Program-made: the position numbers and the translations under genes
The notes under the pieces: generated by a model
What the model was told of the DNA's origin: nothing
The model's database searches: none
Seen by the model: the letters and a program-made list of their open reading frames with translations, nothing else
Shown: one piece after another, positions 37,789 through 46,610 of the stretch
Layout of the letters: each line of letters starts with the position of its first letter
Numbering within the stretch: position 1 is the first letter of the stretch
Source: Candidatus Heimdallarchaeota archaeon
GTDB taxonomy: Archaea > Asgardarchaeota > Heimdallarchaeia > Heimdallarchaeales > Heimdallarchaeaceae
NCBI GenBank assembly: GCA_016839945.1
Contig: JAEOTE010000007.1
Span: forward strand, 96,001 to 160,000
Direction: 5' to 3'
DNA: 64,000 nucleotides

Positions 37789-39141
37789 ATGGACTCCAAT
37801 TCTTCAAAACCTGTTTCTGTTAAAGCAAATTATGTTGTTCCAGATGACGTTGAACTCCCCAATTTTGATTTCGAGAACCTTATAATAGAGCACTATAAGA
37901 AATATCCTAGAACAGCTGCTCTAGTGGAGAATCCCACATATGTTAAAGCTATAATGCAACCTTTTAGAAAGTTTTACTTGGTCCCTTTAGCTTTATTTAA
38001 ACTAAAACTAAACACAATTCTTTCCTTGAGATGGAAAGAATATCTCAAGTTATGGATATATGTTGTAATAATGTTTATACCAACATTACTTTTTACAATC
38101 ATACCTTTAGAAAAAGCTTTTGAAGGTTTTTCAACAAGTAGATGGATTGCTGATATACTTTTTAATGTAGGAATACCTATACTTATTGCTATTCTACTCT
38201 CATTGTTTTATTTGAAATACACACATGATGGATTTTTGGGATTAACTTTGGCAAAAAGAATTGAATGGCTAGAGAAACCTGTAAGGGAATATTATACAAA
38301 ATATTATGATCGAAAACTTCCTAAGAACCCATTTATTATTTTAGCATCTCTTGCTACAGGAATTGGAATACAAATTCCATTGATACAGTTTTCAAATGCA
38401 AATGGGTATAATGCAGCTGCGGCTTTTGGAATCATTGCTTGTATCTTTAACCCTGTACTATTCTATATTTTCTTCGTAGCCTCTTATTATATGATTATCA
38501 ACACAAGATTGTATTCAAAAGTTCTCAAACCTATTAAGGATAGAATTAAAACATATATGAAAGAATATGGAACTCTATTGAACAGAGAAAATTATGACAT
38601 TATTTGGTCTTTGGGAGACAAATGGAGTAAAGGTCGTTCAATTCGTCAACTAGAAAACATTCCAACAGCAGGTATTCTATCTACTTTGATAATAATAATA
38701 GCTATGGGGATGGGTAATGCAAATGAACTAATTTATGCCTTAGCTGGTGAAATGCCTTTAGTTAATTTTGAATTTCTTTTCATCCATGTGGGGCAACCTG
38801 TAACAGTACTAGTAGTAACGATTTCAGCGCTTGTAGCTGCATTAATGGTATTAGTCGTTTTGTTACCTCTAATTATATTTCATTCTAGAATGAAGAAATT
38901 CAAAATCAAAGCTTTAATGGAACTTGATAATTATATTTTCGCAAATGTTGTTGAGTTTGAAATAAGGTATGCTGAAGTGGCTAAGCAAGAAAATGTAACA
39001 ATGTTTCAGCTTCGTGAATACATAGCTTCAATGCGAACGTTTCCTATTTCAACTTCAAAGTTGTTTAGAACAATAATGGCGGTAATTATCTGGATCTTGA
39101 ATATGTTGAAGATTATCAGATCAGTAGGAGGAGGATTATAG
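37789..39141 (+). CDS. Multi-pass membrane protein of unknown function
   Basis: About 7 hydrophobic segments; its stop codon directly abuts the ATG of the tubulin-like gene. Confidence 0.75.
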   Translation: MDSNSSKPVSVKANYVVPDDVELPNFDFENLIIEHYKKYPRTAALVENPTYVKAIMQPFRKFYLVPLALFKLKLNTILSLRWKEYLKLWIYVVIMFIPTLLFTIIPLEKAFEGFSTSRWIADILFNVGIPILIAILLSLFYLKYTHDGFLGLTLAKRIEWLEKPVREYYTKYYDRKLPKNPFIILASLATGIGIQIPLIQFSNANGYNAAAAFGIIACIFNPVLFYIFFVASYYMIINTRLYSKVLKPIKDRIKTYMKEYGTLLNRENYDIIWSLGDKWSKGRSIRQLENIPTAGILSTLIIIIAMGMGNANELIYALAGEMPLVNFEFLFIHVGQPVTVLVVTISALVAALMVLVVLLPLIIFHSRMKKFKIKALMELDNYIFANVVEFEIRYAEVAKQENVTMFQLREYIASMRTFPISTSKLFRTIMAVIIWILNMLKIIRSVGGGL

Positions 39142-40281
39142 ATGTCTTGGTTAAAACGCAAACTTTTCAAGAAGAAGATTTCTGTAGCTATTATTGGAGT
39201 AGGTAATGCTGGATGTAGAATAGGAGAACAAATTATTCATCACCTTAGGGAGAGCAAAATCACAGTAAAATCATTAGCTATAAATCATGAAGATAATTTT
39301 CATCCAAAAATCAATAATTATTCAGATGAATTCTGGTTTGGATCAAAGAAGAATCTATCATCAAACTATGAGTTAGAAGATGCAATGAGTGATTTGAAGA
39401 AAAAGGAAATAGATTTACGAGACAAACTTGAGAAAGTTGTTTTTTACAAACGAGATGATAGAAGAAGTGATGATGATTTAGCTTTGCATCTTATTGTAGG
39501 AAGTGGAGGAGGTACTGGTAGTGCAGGATCTATGATTGCTAGTAATCTAATTACTGATATAGTAGGTGATCCCCCCACTGTAATCTTTGTAGTTCCTGAA
39601 AAAGATGAACCATCACTAGTTCAATATAACGCTGCAAAAGCTCTCTTCCACTTAGGATTCGACTTAAAAGGTCCTTATTGCCCAGTAATTCTCTTTGATA
39701 ATGAAAAACTATTGAATTTTTATTCAGATGAACAGATTGAGCAAGCTCTTGAAAAGAGTAATGAAATACTAGCAGAGACTTTAACAACTACAATTCTTGC
39801 TGCTTTACAAGAAAGCACTCATGAAGAGTATAATGCTAATCTCAAAGATTTCTTTAGCTCCTTCACAAGAGAAGCTAGAGGATTAGGAGTGATTGTTTCT
39901 CTTGACAAAGAATTTGAAACTTTAGAAATAGCTCAAAATATCAGATTTTCTGATCTTTTCTTCGGTGAATTAGATGAAAATTCAAGCTTGACAGCTGATG
40001 TAACAAGGGCAAAACTTGGATATTTAACAATTTCAACACCAACAACTTATCAATCAACGTTCGAAACAAGAAAAATAGTAAAGAAATTTGAAAGAGGAGA
40101 TATTAAAGCAGCTCTCAACTCGATAGATGAACCATTTCTTACAATTAGAGGAATCTTAACAGGTATTCATCCGGATTATGTTGATCGGTTCTGGGAAATA
40201 CTGGAAAAGGGAAGAGATAGCAGAAAAAATATTCTAGAAATTGAATCAAAAATAAGAGAATCCTATATAAGTTTAACATAG
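39142..40281 (+). CDS. Tubulin/FtsZ-superfamily GTPase (divergent, CetZ/FtsZ-like)
   Basis: T1 IIGVGNAGCRI, T4 GSGGGTGSAG, VVPEKDE...YNA, ILFDNEKL, T7-like NANLKD. Confidence 0.88.
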   Translation: MSWLKRKLFKKKISVAIIGVGNAGCRIGEQIIHHLRESKITVKSLAINHEDNFHPKINNYSDEFWFGSKKNLSSNYELEDAMSDLKKKEIDLRDKLEKVVFYKRDDRRSDDDLALHLIVGSGGGTGSAGSMIASNLITDIVGDPPTVIFVVPEKDEPSLVQYNAAKALFHLGFDLKGPYCPVILFDNEKLLNFYSDEQIEQALEKSNEILAETLTTTILAALQESTHEEYNANLKDFFSSFTREARGLGVIVSLDKEFETLEIAQNIRFSDLFFGELDENSSLTADVTRAKLGYLTISTPTTYQSTFETRKIVKKFERGDIKAALNSIDEPFLTIRGILTGIHPDYVDRFWEILEKGRDSRKNILEIESKIRESYISLT

Positions 40282-40332
40282 ACGAAAAGGAAATCTCTTA
40301 TAAACCACTTTGATGATAGAAAATTGAACATA

Positions 40333-41307
40333 ATGAGTGATAAGAGTATTTGCCCTAGTTGTAATAGGGAAATTAAACCTACATCAAAATTTTGTAAATT
40401 CTGTGGAGTAACACTGAAATCTTGCCCTTCATGTAATGAGTTTAATAAGGTGGAAGATGCTTTTTGTGGGTCATGTGGAGAAGATATTAGCAAATTGATT
40501 ATACCCATACCTCATAGAAAGGAAAGTGAAGATTCAGCTTATGCGCCAATAATTGAAGAAATAGAAGAAGGTGAAAAAAGACCAAAATTAGTAGTTTGGC
40601 CACCACAATATGCAGAGGCTAGACCACAAATACAACCAAAACCTACTCCTGAATTATTTGAAGAGGGAACCCAATATGAACCTACAAAAGTTCAATATCA
40701 GTATAGTAAAGTTAAACCAATTGGATTTTTAGGAGGACCATTACCAACTTCGAATGTTCTAAGTGTAACACTTGAAGCTTTTGGACTAGCGTTAGCTCTT
40801 GTGGCAGCTGGAATTGTGATTGTAAGCATTGGTTTTGCATTCTTCGAGTATCTAGTGTTTCCAGTAATAACTGGAATTTTGGGAGGAGCTCTACTCTTAT
40901 CCGCACCATTTTTTGGAATCTATTATGTGAGTTCTAACTGGCTTTACAAAGCTTTTCAAATCAAGAGACCTGTAAAAATAAGAACAGTAATCCTGAATTA
41001 TACATTAGGAACATTGTTATTTGCCATATTTGGTATGATGTTAGCACCAATCTTTATACAAGGAGGAGCACTAGCTATTACTTTTTCAGTAGTAGGTGGA
41101 ATAGTATATCTTATGGGATTAATAGTAATTCCATTAAAAGCATATCTTGCTGATTTGGTTTATGTTAAAGCTGCAATGAAGCATAGAGATAAAGAAGAGG
41201 AAGATAAAGCACAAGAAGAAAAAGACGTTGAAGAAATAGAGAAAAAAGAAGAGAAGGGAAAAAAGGAAGTTAAAACTTCTAAGAAGAAAAAGGAGAAGAA
41301 AAAGTAG
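40333..41307 (+). CDS. Double zinc-ribbon (DZR) membrane protein
   Basis: CPSC..FCKFCG...CPSC...FCGSCG, Pro-rich linker, 4 TM helices, charged tail. Confidence 0.8.
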   Translation: MSDKSICPSCNREIKPTSKFCKFCGVTLKSCPSCNEFNKVEDAFCGSCGEDISKLIIPIPHRKESEDSAYAPIIEEIEEGEKRPKLVVWPPQYAEARPQIQPKPTPELFEEGTQYEPTKVQYQYSKVKPIGFLGGPLPTSNVLSVTLEAFGLALALVAAGIVIVSIGFAFFEYLVFPVITGILGGALLLSAPFFGIYYVSSNWLYKAFQIKRPVKIRTVILNYTLGTLLFAIFGMMLAPIFIQGGALAITFSVVGGIVYLMGLIVIPLKAYLADLVYVKAAMKHRDKEEEDKAQEEKDVEEIEKKEEKGKKEVKTSKKKKEKKK

Positions 41308-41374
41308 AATATCATAATAGTCATATTCATCGAAAAAAATAAATAGGTTTTACCTTTGAATGGAGTGAGTAAAA

Positions 41375-41944
41375 ATGAGTGAAAACACTTCTGATGCAAT
41401 TTATAAAATAATTAAAGAAAGAAGAAGTATTAGATCCTTTAAGGATCAAGAAATTCCTGAAAGTAACATCAAAAAAATCTTAGAAGCGGGTTGGATGGCT
41501 CCTAGTGCAGGAAATAGACAACCTGTGGAATTAATTATTGTGAAAGATAAAGCAACAAAACAAAAATTATCAGCACAAAGATTTGTAGATGAATCTCCTT
41601 TACTAATTGCTGTAGTTGTTAATCTGGAACGAACAAAGTCTAGATATGGTGAAAGAGGACAAAGGATGTATATTTATCATGATTCAGGAGCTGCAATTCA
41701 GAACATGTTACTTATGAGTAAATCATTAGGTTTAGGATCATGTTGGATAGGAGCTTTTAATGACGAAAGAGTATCAAGGTTTCTTGAATTACCTGAACAT
41801 GTTTTACCTATGGCCTTGATTACTATTGGTTATCCAAACGAAGATCCAGATCTTCCTAGAAAGATACCTTTAGACAAAATAACACATGAAGAAAAATATG
41901 AGGAGCAAAAAATCAAAGATTATCTAATGTCTCTTGTTGATTAG
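41375..41944 (+). CDS. Nitroreductase family protein
   Basis: RRSIRSF, APSAGNRQP, AAIQNMLL...LGLGSCWIG, ITIGYP. Confidence 0.93.
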   Translation: MSENTSDAIYKIIKERRSIRSFKDQEIPESNIKKILEAGWMAPSAGNRQPVELIIVKDKATKQKLSAQRFVDESPLLIAVVVNLERTKSRYGERGQRMYIYHDSGAAIQNMLLMSKSLGLGSCWIGAFNDERVSRFLELPEHVLPMALITIGYPNEDPDLPRKIPLDKITHEEKYEEQKIKDYLMSLVD

Positions 41945-41956
41945 CTTTGAGTTTTT

Positions 41957-42541
41957 TTACCCTATTTTTTGCAAAAGTTTTACTTTCTGAGCGGAATCAT
42001 CAGTTTCCACAATTCCATTATTGCGTAAATCATGCAAAGCTCTGATGATAGCTGCAGGGGTAAAACCTGTTGTTTTAACTAGTTCATCTCGTGTCCATTC
42101 TTCTTTATCAGCAACACCTTGAAGGAGAAGGAGAATTTTAGTATGAGGATTTGCAGCAAAAACTTTCTCAAATAGAATTGTATAAATTGCTAATAACTCT
42201 TGGAGATCTATTTCTTGTGCTCTTTCTTGAGTCATTTCTTCATACATTTTTCTAAGACCTGACATCTGCTCTTCAACGCTTTGTAGCTGTGCTTTATATT
42301 CTGCTGCTTCTTTTTGTAACCCTGTTACTTTACCGTCTTTTGAATTGTATTCATCTTGAAGTTGTGTAAACTTATTATCGATTTCCTTTAGTCTATTTTT
42401 TAAATCAGCATTTTCTTTTACTATGTCGTCAGAGAAATTTGATAGTTTTGAGAGAACTGAAGGTAATTTTTCAAACTTATCTTTGATTTGTGAATAAAGC
42501 TCAATGAATTCTTCTAGAGGAGTTTTACCAGTTGCTTCCAT
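41957..42541 (-). CDS. Coiled-coil protein with C-terminal winged-helix-like domain
   Basis: Heptad region, then NPHTKILLLL...TRDELVKTTG.....IIRALHDLRNNGIVE. Confidence 0.7.
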   Translation of the reverse strand: MEATGKTPLEEFIELYSQIKDKFEKLPSVLSKLSNFSDDIVKENADLKNRLKEIDNKFTQLQDEYNSKDGKVTGLQKEAAEYKAQLQSVEEQMSGLRKMYEEMTQERAQEIDLQELLAIYTILFEKVFAANPHTKILLLLQGVADKEEWTRDELVKTTGFTPAAIIRALHDLRNNGIVETDDSAQKVKLLQKIG

Positions 42542-42642
42542 AATGGTTACTTATTTCATAAAACACTATTTTAACTTTATGTCCGTTTAATGGATTCTCA
42601 CATGCGAAAATTTATTATAGAATCTTTTTTAGCAGTTGAGAT

Positions 42643-43347
42643 ATGGATACAATTATTCTTTGTGGGGGTCTAGGCACACGAATCAGAACTATAACAAAAG
42701 ATAGTCTACCTAAAGCTATGATTCAATTATCAGGTAAAACGATTTTAGAATGGGAACTCAATTGGCTGAGAAAGAATAATATTCAGCATGCAATTTTAGC
42801 TGTTAGGCACCTTGCTGCATATATAGAAGAGCAATTTGGTAGAGTATATGAAACTGAATATGGTGAGATAGAGATTAGTTATAGTATAGAAAGGGAGAAA
42901 TTGGGATCAGGAGGAGCAGTTCTTTTAGCTAATCAATTTGTCTCAAGCAAAAATGCAATCATAATGAATGGAGATATAATTACAAATTTTGATCTTTCTG
43001 AGATGATAACGATGCACATTACTAGTGAAATTGAAGGAACTATTGCAGTTGTAAAAATGCGAAGTCCTTATGGCATCGTTGAAATAGAAGATAAGAAAAA
43101 AATATCGGAATTTAGAGAAAAGCCTATTCTTGATCATTGGATTCATGCAGGGGTGGATGTTTTTGCCAAAGATGTTCTTGAATCATTCCCAGAGAAAGGT
43201 CAAATGGAAGAGACTATTTTTGTAGAAATGGCTGAAAAGAAGGAACTTATTGCTTATAGAGTAAACCCAGAATATTATTGGAGAAGTATAGATAATCCAA
43301 AAGATCTGCAAGAAGCAGAGAAAGAGTGGAAAGGATTAGATGGATAA
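42643..43347 (+). CDS. Sugar-phosphate nucleotidyltransferase (NTP_transferase family)
   Basis: ILCGGLGTRI, LPKAM, EKLGSGGA, MNGDI, FREKP, WRSID. Confidence 0.9.
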   Translation: MDTIILCGGLGTRIRTITKDSLPKAMIQLSGKTILEWELNWLRKNNIQHAILAVRHLAAYIEEQFGRVYETEYGEIEISYSIEREKLGSGGAVLLANQFVSSKNAIIMNGDIITNFDLSEMITMHITSEIEGTIAVVKMRSPYGIVEIEDKKKISEFREKPILDHWIHAGVDVFAKDVLESFPEKGQMEETIFVEMAEKKELIAYRVNPEYYWRSIDNPKDLQEAEKEWKGLDG

Positions 43348-44169
43348 TAACGGACTATTTTGAGATGGATCCCAATCAAACCTTTTTTGATAAAAAGAGT
43401 TCTTAAATCCTAAATTTTGATAGAGTTTTTCAGCTCCACTTCCCCTTTGAACCTGCAAACAGAAATTTGCTGAAGGATTATCATCTATTACTGATTTCAT
43501 ATAGTTGGACATCATAATCTTAGCATACCCTCTTCTACGATAGCGGTGTCTAGTACCAACACCATAAAAACCGTGAAATGGGAGATTTTTATGTGTACAA
43601 AAGCATCCAACATCTTTTCCATCAACATATCCTATGTAGAATTCTACTTGGTTTTCAATTTGAGTTGTAACCATTTGCGAAATATATTTTCGAAGATGTT
43701 TTGGATAACTAAAAGAATCAAAAAAAACATCAACCCATTTACTCAATTTCTTGGAAGAGAGTAATTCTAATTCCAACAGATTATTAGGGATTAGGAATGA
43801 ATTCTCATCACTTTTCCAAGTCATCAGAGAGATGTCTTGATAAAACGCTATGAATTTTTTCTGACGAAGTATCTTCGAATTAGTCTGAAATAAATCATCA
43901 ACATAGTGCTTAATTATAAAATATTCCTTACCATCAGAAAAGAATGAAAAAGAGAAATTAAGGAATTCTGAGAAGTTCTTTTCTCCATATAATGTAGGAG
44001 TTACATAACTGTAAGTTTCAATTGATTTATTCTTGATAAAATAGCCTAATTCATTTTTTACACTTTCAGAGTCTGGCATGAAGTAATAGAACTCATATTC
44101 ATTTAAATCAAGAAACATCCTATCTTCATTTAAGTTTTCATTATTTTTCATTCTTCTAATCTTTATCAT
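43336..44169 (-). CDS. GNAT-family acetyltransferase
   Basis: VGTRHRYRRRGYA acetyl-CoA motif; AEKLYQNLGF. Confidence 0.8.
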   Translation of the reverse strand: MIKIRRMKNNENLNEDRMFLDLNEYEFYYFMPDSESVKNELGYFIKNKSIETYSYVTPTLYGEKNFSEFLNFSFSFFSDGKEYFIIKHYVDDLFQTNSKILRQKKFIAFYQDISLMTWKSDENSFLIPNNLLELELLSSKKLSKWVDVFFDSFSYPKHLRKYISQMVTTQIENQVEFYIGYVDGKDVGCFCTHKNLPFHGFYGVGTRHRYRRRGYAKIMMSNYMKSVIDDNPSANFCLQVQRGSGAEKLYQNLGFKNSFYQKRFDWDPSQNSPLLSI

Positions 44170-44269
44170 TTTCTGGAAAAATAAATGTATCCTTTCATTT
44201 CAAATTAGAAGTTTTTTTCATTTAGCAAAAAACATTTAAAGCAACAAATTCTTTGCAGTTTGAAATCGT

Positions 44270-44569
44270 ATGAGTTCTAAATGGAAAGAAGAAACCAGAA
44301 AGGATTTCATTAAAAACACTGTTCGTGGTGTCATAGGAGTTTTAATTCTAGTTATTCTATTGGTTATTAAATTAACTTGGGAAGGAATATATAATTGGTT
44401 TTATACAAAAGTAGCTCCAGGTGCAAACACATCAGGGGGAATGTGGCAAGATCCACTCTTATTATTTAGTCTATTACTACTTATTCCTGTTTTAGCCTGT
44501 GGAGTGGCTTTAACTATAAGTGGAGGATGGAAGGCATATAGATTAGCTGTTCCACCAAAAGAAGAATAA
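44270..44569 (+). CDS. Small two-TM membrane protein
   Basis: Two hydrophobic helices, ATG start in an intergenic gap. Confidence 0.7.
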   Translation: MSSKWKEETRKDFIKNTVRGVIGVLILVILLVIKLTWEGIYNWFYTKVAPGANTSGGMWQDPLLLFSLLLLIPVLACGVALTISGGWKAYRLAVPPKEE

Positions 44570-44636
44570 ACTTACTTTAGGTTTTAAATCTATTTCATAC
44601 AGAAAAGTAATTATTTTTGATTTTTTAGCATCAAGT

Positions 44637-45086
44637 ATGGAAAGAATAGATAAGAATCTGGAGTATAATGAATTCTGCTTTGGTTGCGGAGAAGACAACC
44701 CAATAGGTGCAAAACTTGATTTTTTCAAAATTTCTGATGATAGTGTAAAATCTAATTTTCTTGTTCCAGATACTTGGTGTGGTTGGGGAAAAATTATTCA
44801 CGGTGGTTTACAGACCGTCTTACTAGACGAAGTATCTGCATGGGTTATTGTAGCATTACTTAAAGAACAAGGATTAACAATTAAGGCTCAAATAGAGTTT
44901 TTCAAACCTTTATATGTGGAAGAAGAAGTGGAAATTCTAGGTAAGGTTGAAAAAGTAGATGAGCGAGACATAACAATAACTAGTGTATTAAAAAACAAAA
45001 CTGGAGAAACATGTACTAAAGGGACATTTGTTTATAGAAAAGTTGAGATGGATAAAATCAAAAAAGTTGCTAAGATCCCGCTTTAG
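44637..45086 (+). CDS. PaaI-family (hotdog) thioesterase
   Basis: CFGCGEDNPIG, IHGGLQTVLLDE, FFKP. Confidence 0.9.
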   Translation: MERIDKNLEYNEFCFGCGEDNPIGAKLDFFKISDDSVKSNFLVPDTWCGWGKIIHGGLQTVLLDEVSAWVIVALLKEQGLTIKAQIEFFKPLYVEEEVEILGKVEKVDERDITITSVLKNKTGETCTKGTFVYRKVEMDKIKKVAKIPL

Positions 45087-45295
45087 CAACTATCATGAAA
45101 TATAGCTACAGTTGGACAGGATGTTACACATGCGCAACATTCTATACAATCATCTACGTTATCTGCATAGGATTTACCATCCTTAATAACAAATACATCT
45201 GAAGGACAAACATCCACACAATCAGCAGCTCCTGTGCATTTATCAAAATCGATTTTTATTACCCAATCATCTGAAACAAATTCTTTAACTGACAT
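45083..45295 (-). CDS. Dicluster ferredoxin
   Basis: CTGAADCVDVCP and CIECCACVTSCP. Confidence 0.92.
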   Translation of the reverse strand: MSVKEFVSDDWVIKIDFDKCTGAADCVDVCPSDVFVIKDGKSYADNVDDCIECCACVTSCPTVAIFHDSC

Positions 45296-45355
45296 AATTA
45301 TCAGAATGTGTTCTGTTTCCTTGCTTTTATATTTTCCTCCATGTCGTATAGATTT

Positions 45356-45775
45356 CTAGCAAAGACCGCAAGGAACTAGTGTAGGTACTGTTGCTGCAAG
45401 AATGGTGAAAATTATCTGTAGAATAGAAATTACAAGTAAACTGTAAAGCAAAATCTTAGAAATAGGTAAAGTGAATTCTTCATTTCCTTTCTTAATAAAA
45501 TATGTATGTATTGAAAAAGCGAATATACCTCCTAGTGATAAAACAAAGGAGAATATTGCACCAATTACACTTGCTAGATAGAATTCTATCATTCCATATA
45601 AGATCAAAGCAAGCATTGGAATGTGGATAATAACAAAGAGAGTAATTCCTCCTTTCATTTTGAATAATTCCCACTCTTTCCAATATGCTGATTCAATCTC
45701 ATGACAGATTAATAATATTGCATTAACGAAATATAACCAAAAAGCAATTATCAGGGCAATTTCTGAAAAAACCAT
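45356..45775 (-). CDS. Membrane protein with HE-x-x-S-A-Y-W-x-E-W motif (DUF6713-like)
   Basis: LICHEIESAYWKEWELF, HIP, H.YF; 4 TM helices. Confidence 0.7.
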   Translation of the reverse strand: MVFSEIALIIAFWLYFVNAILLICHEIESAYWKEWELFKMKGGITLFVIIHIPMLALILYGMIEFYLASVIGAIFSFVLSLGGIFAFSIHTYFIKKGNEEFTLPISKILLYSLLVISILQIIFTILAATVPTLVPCGLC

Positions 45776-45857
45776 AATATAAGATAACTTTACTAAAAAA
45801 TAAGTTTTACTTAAAAATGCGCAAAGTATTTGATATCATACATAATATGTTATATTT

Positions 45858-46610
45858 ATGAGATTTGAAGATAAAAAAGTAATAATAACTGGGGCTAGTT
45901 CAGGAATAGGAAGAGCAACAGCAATCAAATTTAGGAAAGAAGGTGCAGAAGTTCTCCTAGTTGCAAGATCAGAAGATGTATTGAAGGATTTAGCATCAGA
46001 GTTAAATTCTATGTCTCTAGCAATGGATCTTACAGCAAACAAAGCCGCGGAATTGATTATTGGTGAAGCAACTCTCCTTTGGGGTAAAATTGATGTTTTA
46101 GTTAATGCTGCAGGAATTATTAAATCTGGAACAATTCTTGATACAACCATTGAAGATTTTGACTATATGATGAATTTAAATCTCCGTTCAATTTTCCATT
46201 TAATGCAAACTGCTATCCCTTTTCTTAAAGAAACAAAGGGGAATATTGTGAATATATCTAGTGTAACTGGAATCAGAGCTTTTCCAAACATATTAGCTTA
46301 CTGTGTTAGTAAAGCCGCTTTAGATCATCTTACAAGATGTTCAGCATTAGAACTAGCTCAGTTTGGAGTCAGAGTTAATGCAGTAAATCCTGGAGTTGTA
46401 ATAACTAATTTGCACAAAGCAAGTGGAATGTCTGTAGAAGATTATGCGAAATTTTTAGTACATAGTGAAACAACCCACCCACTTGGAAGAGCAGGGACAG
46501 CTGAAGAAATAGCAGATTTGATTCTGTTTTTAGCATCAAATAAGGCTAGTTGGATTACTGGAGAAACAGTTAGTATAGATGGAGGAAGATTCCTTACTTG
46601 TTTACGTTAG
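45858..46610 (+). CDS. Short-chain dehydrogenase/reductase
   Basis: TGASSGIG, NAAG, YCVSK (YxxxK), RVNAVNPG, IDGG. Confidence 0.95.
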   Translation: MRFEDKKVIITGASSGIGRATAIKFRKEGAEVLLVARSEDVLKDLASELNSMSLAMDLTANKAAELIIGEATLLWGKIDVLVNAAGIIKSGTILDTTIEDFDYMMNLNLRSIFHLMQTAIPFLKETKGNIVNISSVTGIRAFPNILAYCVSKAALDHLTRCSALELAQFGVRVNAVNPGVVITNLHKASGMSVEDYAKFLVHSETTHPLGRAGTAEEIADLILFLASNKASWITGETVSIDGGRFLTCLR

